Assembly (NCBI GenBank): GCA_963674945.2
Contig: CAXXWQ010000002.1
Location: forward strand, 480,001-544,000
Length of the DNA stretch: 64,000 bases
Direction of reading: 5' to 3'
From: an uncultured Desulfosarcina sp.
GTDB taxonomy: Bacteria > Desulfobacterota > Desulfobacteria > Desulfobacterales > Desulfosarcinaceae
A program made the translations under genes and the position numbers. Of this stretch, positions 58,086-64,000 are shown in pieces. Each line of letters begins with the position of its first letter. The stretch's first letter is position 1. A model generated the notes under the pieces. That model did not search any database. It saw only the letters and a program-made list of their open reading frames with translations, and was not told the origin of the DNA.

Positions 58086-61000
58086 ATGACCGAAACACAG
58101 AACCAGATCAAACATCTTCGAAACCAGCTCAAGCGGGTCATGCACGCCGATGCCATCACCTTGCGCAGGGAACTGGAACGGCTGGCACGTTCCCGCAACC
58201 GGCTGGCCGACGATGCGATCTCCCGGCGTCTTGCCCGTCTGACAAAACGGGTTCGAGACGCCGTGGAAAAAAGAACCCGTCGCATAAACGGGGTGCCGCG
58301 CTTTTCCGATTTACCCCATCTGCCCATCACCGGAGAAAAGGATCGCATCATCGGCGCCATCGCCAACCATCCGGTGGTGATTGTTTCCGGTGAGACCGGG
58401 TCCGGCAAGACCACCCAGATCCCCAAGTTCTGTCTGGCCGCGGGAAGGGGCATCGACGGCAAGATCGCCTGCACCCAGCCCCGGCGTATCGCCGCCACAA
58501 CGGTGGCCGCCCGCATTGCAGAGGAGTTGGGAGAGGCGTTGGGAAGATCGGTGGGGTACAAGATCCGGTTTCAGGATCGGTCCGATCCACAAGCCTTCAT
58601 CAAGGTGGTCACCGACGGTATTCTGCTTGCCGAGACCCAGGGTGATCCCTGGCTGAACGAGTACGACACCATCATCGTCGACGAGGCCCATGAGCGAAGC
58701 CTGAACATCGACTTCGTCCTAGGAATTCTCAAACGGCTGTCCCAGCGTCGCCGCAACCTCAAGCTGATCATCACCTCGGCCACCATCGATACGGAAAAGT
58801 TCTCCCGGGCCTTCGACGACGCACCGATTATCGAGGTCTCCGGGCGGCTCTATCCCGTGGAAACCCGGTATTTCGATACCGGCGAATCGGTAGAGGAGGA
58901 AGGTTCTTATGTCGATCTGGCCGTGCAGGCCGCCGATGGGCTCGTCGATGAGCGGGGCAGGGGAGATATCCTGGTCTTCATGCCCACCGAACAGGATATC
59001 CGGGAGACCTGCGAAACCCTGGGGGGAAGAAACTACCGGCACACGGATGTGATCCCTTTGTTCGCTCGGCTCGGTGCCGCAGCGCAGAAAAGGGTATTTG
59101 CCACCACGGTCAACCGCAAGATCATCGTGGCCACAAACGTGGCCGAAACCTCCATCACCATTCCCGGAATCAAATACGTGGTGGACACGGGACTGGCACG
59201 CATCTCCCAGTACATGCCCCAATCCCGGACCACGGCCTTGCCGGTGGTTCCCATCTCCCGAAGTTCCGCCGACCAGCGCAAGGGGCGGTGCGGTCGCGTC
59301 GAAGACGGCGTATGCGTCCGTCTCTACTCCGAGGAGGATTATCTCAACCGGCCTCTTTTTACCCAGCCGGAGATTCTTCGTTCCAACCTGGCGGAAGTCA
59401 TCTTGCGCATGATTTTCCTGGGGCTGGGTGAGATCGACGATTTCCCCTTCATCGACCGTCCCATGGACAAAAGCATCCGGGACGGCTTTACCCTTTTGCT
59501 GGAGCTGGGGGCCATCGTTCAAAATCCGACAAATGGCAAAAGGGGACAGCCATATCGATTGACGGAAAACGGAAGAATCATGGCGCGCATGCCCATCGAT
59601 CCGCGGCTTTCCCGCATGCTCATCGAGGCGAGAAAAGAAGGGTGCCTGGCCCCTATCGTCGTGATCGCCGCGGCCCTGAGTATCCAGGACGTGCGGGAGC
59701 GCCCCCTGGAAAAGGAGGCGTTGGCGGACCAGGCACAAAGGGTCTTTGTCGATCCGTTGTCCGATTTCGTGACCCTTCTCAACATCTGGCGGGCGATTTT
59801 CGATCAAAATGGACGGCCGGTCGGAATGGGTGAGCTGAAGCGATTTTGCATGAAACACTTTCTTTCGTTTCGCCGCATGCGTGAATGGCGGGATATCCAC
59901 GGCCAGATCGTCTCCATTGTGAGGGAGCTGTGGCCCGATGCCGGCGCCAAAGGTCCGGTCATGGTAGCCGGTCACGATGCCGGCCCCAGCGAAAAGGGAG
60001 GTTTTCACCCCCTGTACACCGCCATCCACCGCTGTGTGCTGAGCGGATTTTTGTCCAACATTGCCATGCAAAAGGAGAAGGTCTTCTTCCGGGCCACCAA
60101 GGATCGCGAGGTGATGATTTTTCCCGGTTCCGGCCTGTTCAAGAACCCGGGACCATGGATCGTGGCGGCGGAGATGGTAAAGACCTCCCGCCTTTTTGCA
60201 AGATGCGTTGCAGTTGTGGATCCGGCCTGGCTGGAGCCATTGGGGGGAGAACTTTGCAAGTCCACCAGGTCCGATCCCCACTGGTCGCGAAATCGTGGCG
60301 AGGTCGTGGCCAAAGAGCAGGTGACGCTGTTCGGGCTGCCCATCGTCACCGACCGGCAGGTGCCGTTCGGGCGGATTGATGCCGAGCTGGCGGCAGATCT
60401 CTTCGTCCGGTGCGCCCTGGTGGCACAGGATGTCAGACAGCCGCTTGCCTTCATGCGCCACAATGCCGAACTGGTAAAAGAGGTGCGCGGCATGGAGGAC
60501 CGTATCCGGCGCCGGGACATCCTCGTGGACGACGAAGCACTGGTGGACTTTTACAAAAAGCGGCTTCCCGGCGTTTTTGACCTGAGAACCCTCAAACACC
60601 GGATCAGGAGAAACGGGGGTGACCAATTTCTTCGTCTGGACAAAAAGATGCTGCTTCGCTACACGCCGGAACGTGAACTGCTGGACCAGTTTCCCAAACA
60701 GTTGGATCTGGGCCATCGGGTGCTGGATTGCGACTACGCCTTTGCACCCGGTCATGTCGCAGATGGCGTGACCGTCACGGTCCCTGCCGATGCCACCGGT
60801 GAAGTTTCCCGCGAGCATTTGGGCTGGCTGGTCCCCGGACTGCTGGAAGAGAAGATTACGACCCTGTTACGCGGTCTGGCCAAGCAGTATCGTGTTCAGC
60901 TCGTACCGGTGGCCGACACGGTGAGGATGATTGTCGATGAAATGCCCAAAGGAGAAGAGAGTCTTCCCACGGCCCTGAGTCGTTTTCTCTATACACGGCT

Positions 61001-62078
61001 GCAGGTGAATATCCCGGCGGCGGCCTGGCCCGTGGATGAATTGCCCGACCACTTGAAAATGCGGGTAACCATCACCGATGCCCATGGACGGGTTTTGGCC
61101 AGCGGCAGGGACGAATCCCTGCTCGATCAAAAGGCCGAGACACAAACCTTGCCAAAGGGAATGGAAGACCTTTTTCGGCAATGGGAGAAAGAGAACATCA
61201 CTCAGTGGGATTTCGGCGATCTTCCAGAAAGCCTTTCTTCAGAAGAAGGAGAGAAGGGGAAATGGTGCTTTTACCCACGACTGGAAGCCACCGAAGGGGG
61301 TGAGATCCAAATCAGGCTCTTCAGCGATCGAAAGGCCGCCGATGCAGCCCACCGAAAAGGGGTGATGGCGCTTTTATCCCGACATTTTGCCGACGATCTC
61401 AAGTTTCTTAAAAAGAACCTTGCGTTTCCCTCTCTCTTGAAAAAGCAGACCATCTACTTCAAGGGTCCGATCACCATTGAAAATCAGCTTTACCGGTGTG
61501 TCACCAAAGAGTTGTTCGAAGCTCTTCTACTCACGGAAAGGGAGTACCAAACGCATCTTCAATCCCTCTGCCAAATACGGGTCCACCAGCGTGGTCAGCG
61601 GCTGCGGCAGGCGGTCATCGCCGTCATCGAAGCCCACCACGCGGCCCGTTGCCGAGTTGCCGAAGTGAAACAGAAGCGCATTGCCGCACCCGTTGTGGGA
61701 CAATTTCTTACCAACCTCGAACAAGAGCTGGACCGTCTGGTACCCGATAATTTCGTGACACTGTACGACCGGCAACGTCTTACCCACGTCAAGCGATACC
61801 TGGATGCCCTGTCCATTCGTATCCAACGGGGCTTCGTGGATCTGGACAAGGATCGTGGCCGCCAGACACAGGTGGCGCCCTTCATCGAAGCACTGCAGAA
61901 AATGATGGCGGGAATGAACGAGACCACATCCGCGGAGAAGCGGACGGCGGTGGAAGAATTCTTCTGGATGATCGAAGAGTACAAGGTTTCCGTCTTCGCC
62001 CAGGAGGTCGGCACCGACGGTCCGGTTTCGGCCAAACGGCTTAGGAAGCTGATGGGCGAGATCGAAAGAATGATATAA
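58086..62078 (+). CDS. hrpA: ATP-dependent RNA helicase HrpA
   Basis: GETGSGKTTQ, TQPRR, DEAHERS, SAT, ATNVAETS, QRKGRCGR, C-terminal WMIEEYKVSVFAQ; 1330 aa. Confidence 0.96.
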   Translation: MTETQNQIKHLRNQLKRVMHADAITLRRELERLARSRNRLADDAISRRLARLTKRVRDAVEKRTRRINGVPRFSDLPHLPITGEKDRIIGAIANHPVVIVSGETGSGKTTQIPKFCLAAGRGIDGKIACTQPRRIAATTVAARIAEELGEALGRSVGYKIRFQDRSDPQAFIKVVTDGILLAETQGDPWLNEYDTIIVDEAHERSLNIDFVLGILKRLSQRRRNLKLIITSATIDTEKFSRAFDDAPIIEVSGRLYPVETRYFDTGESVEEEGSYVDLAVQAADGLVDERGRGDILVFMPTEQDIRETCETLGGRNYRHTDVIPLFARLGAAAQKRVFATTVNRKIIVATNVAETSITIPGIKYVVDTGLARISQYMPQSRTTALPVVPISRSSADQRKGRCGRVEDGVCVRLYSEEDYLNRPLFTQPEILRSNLAEVILRMIFLGLGEIDDFPFIDRPMDKSIRDGFTLLLELGAIVQNPTNGKRGQPYRLTENGRIMARMPIDPRLSRMLIEARKEGCLAPIVVIAAALSIQDVRERPLEKEALADQAQRVFVDPLSDFVTLLNIWRAIFDQNGRPVGMGELKRFCMKHFLSFRRMREWRDIHGQIVSIVRELWPDAGAKGPVMVAGHDAGPSEKGGFHPLYTAIHRCVLSGFLSNIAMQKEKVFFRATKDREVMIFPGSGLFKNPGPWIVAAEMVKTSRLFARCVAVVDPAWLEPLGGELCKSTRSDPHWSRNRGEVVAKEQVTLFGLPIVTDRQVPFGRIDAELAADLFVRCALVAQDVRQPLAFMRHNAELVKEVRGMEDRIRRRDILVDDEALVDFYKKRLPGVFDLRTLKHRIRRNGGDQFLRLDKKMLLRYTPERELLDQFPKQLDLGHRVLDCDYAFAPGHVADGVTVTVPADATGEVSREHLGWLVPGLLEEKITTLLRGLAKQYRVQLVPVADTVRMIVDEMPKGEESLPTALSRFLYTRLQVNIPAAAWPVDELPDHLKMRVTITDAHGRVLASGRDESLLDQKAETQTLPKGMEDLFRQWEKENITQWDFGDLPESLSSEEGEKGKWCFYPRLEATEGGEIQIRLFSDRKAADAAHRKGVMALLSRHFADDLKFLKKNLAFPSLLKKQTIYFKGPITIENQLYRCVTKELFEALLLTEREYQTHLQSLCQIRVHQRGQRLRQAVIAVIEAHHAARCRVAEVKQKRIAAPVVGQFLTNLEQELDRLVPDNFVTLYDRQRLTHVKRYLDALSIRIQRGFVDLDKDRGRQTQVAPFIEALQKMMAGMNETTSAEKRTAVEEFFWMIEEYKVSVFAQEVGTDGPVSAKRLRKLMGEIERMI

Positions 62079-62121
62079 AATTCAGGAGAATGTGTTTGGG
62101 ACACATTCTCCTGAATTTTAT
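62075..62121. terminator. bidirectional terminator-like hairpin
   Basis: Perfect 21-bp inverted repeat ATAAAATTCAGGAGAATGTGT-TTGGG-ACACATTCTCCTGAATTTTAT between convergent stops. Confidence 0.85.
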
Positions 62122-62128
62122 CCTGTGA

Positions 62129-63394
62129 TTAATGTTTCGTCCCCTTCACGCCCTTCATGGAAAACGGGTCAAGCGTCGTTGTCGAATCAATGGAAGGGTA
62201 CGCCCGGGTAAGAGAATCAGCCATGAAATTCGATCCGGCGGAAAGGGCGACCGAATCCGTGGCATTGAGGGGAACGACTTTGGCCCGTTTGACGAAGTTG
62301 AAATCGGTGGCCGATGCGGTGGTATAAGCACCCATCATGTGTCCGACCACGATATTCCCCAGTTCCATGGGGGGAAGGTATACATCCTCGGCGATCAGGT
62401 CGATGCTGTCGCATGTAGGGCCTGCCAGGACGCTGGGAAACCGGCGATCGTCATCCGAAAAAATTTCCAACGGGTAACGCGTGTGATCGTACAACTGGCC
62501 GCTGAAGGAGCCGTATACCCCGTCGTCCAGATAATACCAGTATCGCCCTTGGCGAAGGGCCTTGCCGATGACGGTGGCGATGCACTTTGCCGACGGCGCC
62601 GAGAGAAATCGGCCCGGCTCGGCGATGACGTTGACATAGGGCGGCAATTCGGCCAGGGCATGAACGATGGGCGCACAATAGGCACCGATGTCTACATGAC
62701 CGAAATCGTAGGCCACGGGAAAGCCTCCGCCGATATCCAGGATGCTGATGGGAACGTCGCTGTCTGCATGGTGGCGGCGAATGATGGCATTGCACGCGGC
62801 GATGGCTTCCACCTGTCGTCTCGCATCGGTGCATTGGGAGCCTACGTGAAAGCTGAGCCCTTTGAAGTGGATACCCAATTTCCTGGCCAGATCCAGCATT
62901 CCGGGTACTTCCGCAATATCGCAGCCGAACTTCTTTGACAAATCCACCACCGCCGCACTGCTGCGGAAACTGATGCGAAGGAGAAGCCCCACCCGATTCT
63001 TGTAGGGCAGAAATTTGAGCAGTTCGTCGGCGTTGTCCACGACGAAAGTGGTACAACCGTAGCGAAGCGCATCGCGGATATCACTGTCCCGTTTAATGGG
63101 ATGGGTATGAATGGTTCGCCGGGCAGGAATATGCAGTTGCCGCACCAGATCGATCTCGCCCGAACTGGCTACGTCGAATCCGGCCCCCATATTGTAAAGC
63201 CAACCGACAAGGTCCGGCTGGGGAAAGGACTTGATGGCGTAGTATAGATCCACGCCGGGCAATGCCTGCTTCAGATCGTGGTATTGCGAACGAACCCGGC
63301 GGCCGTCCACGGCCACGAGGGGAGATCCGTGGGTTTGTATCAGCTTCCGGTAGAAAGCGCCCTGTTTTACGCTATCCCTACGAATGGTATTCAT
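62129..63394 (-). CDS. fold-type III PLP decarboxylase (ornithine/lysine decarboxylase-like)
   Basis: YYAIKS (PLP Lys), FDVAS, KFG, FHVGSQ, DIGGGF, EPGR, GPTCDSID, GAYT; downstream of speE. Confidence 0.9.
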   Translation of the reverse strand: MNTIRRDSVKQGAFYRKLIQTHGSPLVAVDGRRVRSQYHDLKQALPGVDLYYAIKSFPQPDLVGWLYNMGAGFDVASSGEIDLVRQLHIPARRTIHTHPIKRDSDIRDALRYGCTTFVVDNADELLKFLPYKNRVGLLLRISFRSSAAVVDLSKKFGCDIAEVPGMLDLARKLGIHFKGLSFHVGSQCTDARRQVEAIAACNAIIRRHHADSDVPISILDIGGGFPVAYDFGHVDIGAYCAPIVHALAELPPYVNVIAEPGRFLSAPSAKCIATVIGKALRQGRYWYYLDDGVYGSFSGQLYDHTRYPLEIFSDDDRRFPSVLAGPTCDSIDLIAEDVYLPPMELGNIVVGHMMGAYTTASATDFNFVKRAKVVPLNATDSVALSAGSNFMADSLTRAYPSIDSTTTLDPFSMKGVKGTKH

Positions 63395-64000
63395 TGCTTT
63401 GTTTTCCGATGATGTTCAATACATATTGGGGAAGGACGAAGGACGAGACGTGAATCTCGGGATTGTAGTACCGCGTCTCGATGCCGCTTTGGGCATATCG
63501 TCCTCTGATTGTCCGAAGATTCACCCGTCTGGGTTCCGGCGCGTCGCTGGCCCAGCCGAAGGTCATGCTTCCGCCGATATAGGTGGGAATGGCGGCATAG
63601 TAAAAATGCCAGTCCGCAAAGACACGGCCCAGCCGCGATGCGGTGGTTTCGACCTCTTCACGCTGCATGAAAACCACACCGTTCTGGGATACCAGGATGC
63701 CGCCGGGATTCAGGCATTTCTTGCAGGCCTGGTAGAAATCCGTACGAAACAACGCTTCTCCCGGACCGATGGGATCGGTGCTGTCGCTGATGATCACGTC
63801 GTATTGCCCGTCGGTGGTGGTGACGAAATTCAGCCCGTCGTCTATGACGATTCTCACCCGTGGGTCGTCGAAAGCCCCGTCTGAATGGCGGGGCAGGTGG
63901 GTTTTGCACATTTCGATGACCTGTCGGTCGATCTCCACCTGGGTAATTTCTTCCACGGTGTTATGGCGGACCACCTCCCGTAGCATGCCACCGTCTCCAC
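63378..64000 (-). CDS. speE: spermidine synthase (partial, start outside window)
   Basis: GDGGMLREV, VEID, YDVIISDSTDP, PTYIGG, RYYNPEIH. Confidence 0.93.
   Translation of the reverse strand, partial: GDGGMLREVVRHNTVEEITQVEIDRQVIEMCKTHLPRHSDGAFDDPRVRIVIDDGLNFVTTTDGQYDVIISDSTDPIGPGEALFRTDFYQACKKCLNPGGILVSQNGVVFMQREEVETTASRLGRVFADWHFYYAAIPTYIGGSMTFGWASDAPEPRRVNLRTIRGRYAQSGIETRYYNPEIHVSSFVLPQYVLNIIGKQSNEYHS

Noticed and set aside
2735..60818. Long antisense ORFs (e.g. 2735-4426, 9946-12198, 26422-28464, 30689-32905, 58719-60818)
   Set aside because: They are shadows on the opposite strand of well-supported genes, expected in GC-rich DNA, with no recognisable motifs.
50995..62078. Two helicases plus HEAT and Ig proteins as a defence system
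   Set aside because: HrpA and Ski2-like helicases are common housekeeping genes, not in one operon, and no nuclease or other defence domain is present.

Overview
GC-rich anaerobe chromosome segment. Gene content (Hdr/Flx redox clusters, selenoproteins, sigma54 regulation) fits a sulfate-reducing Desulfobacterota; this is inferred from content only. It carries three electron-transfer loci. (1) 1-8965 (minus): hdrA-mvhD(extended)-hdrA-flxD-flxC-flxB, where four genes split in the ORF track are single genes with an in-frame TGA at a conserved Cys position, each followed by a SECIS-like hairpin. (2) 18885-29224 (minus): a selenium-free cluster REC-hdrL-like-mvhD-flxC-like-small ORF-hdrA-hdrC-hdrB behind a sigma54 promoter. 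(3) 37400-41569 (minus): two cNMP-binding proteins plus a NuoE/NuoF/NuoG-N (HydCBA-like) module with no catalytic domain, with a complete IS (41830-43540, 9-bp target duplication) just upstream of its promoter. Other genes include miaA, pspF/pspABC with a full sigma54/IHF/UAS promoter, two histidine kinases, plsC, rnj, ftsK, comEC, two yjbQ, a U32 protein, cooC, a Ski2-like helicase, hrpA, a PLP decarboxylase and speE. The most unexpected non-coding signal is eight dispersed ~125-190 bp palindromic elements. They differ in sequence but share one fold and a conserved internal loop (AAGGC ... AACG) resembling enterobacterial ERIC elements, with interchangeable terminal repeats and cores. No rRNA, tRNA or CRISPR array was recognised.
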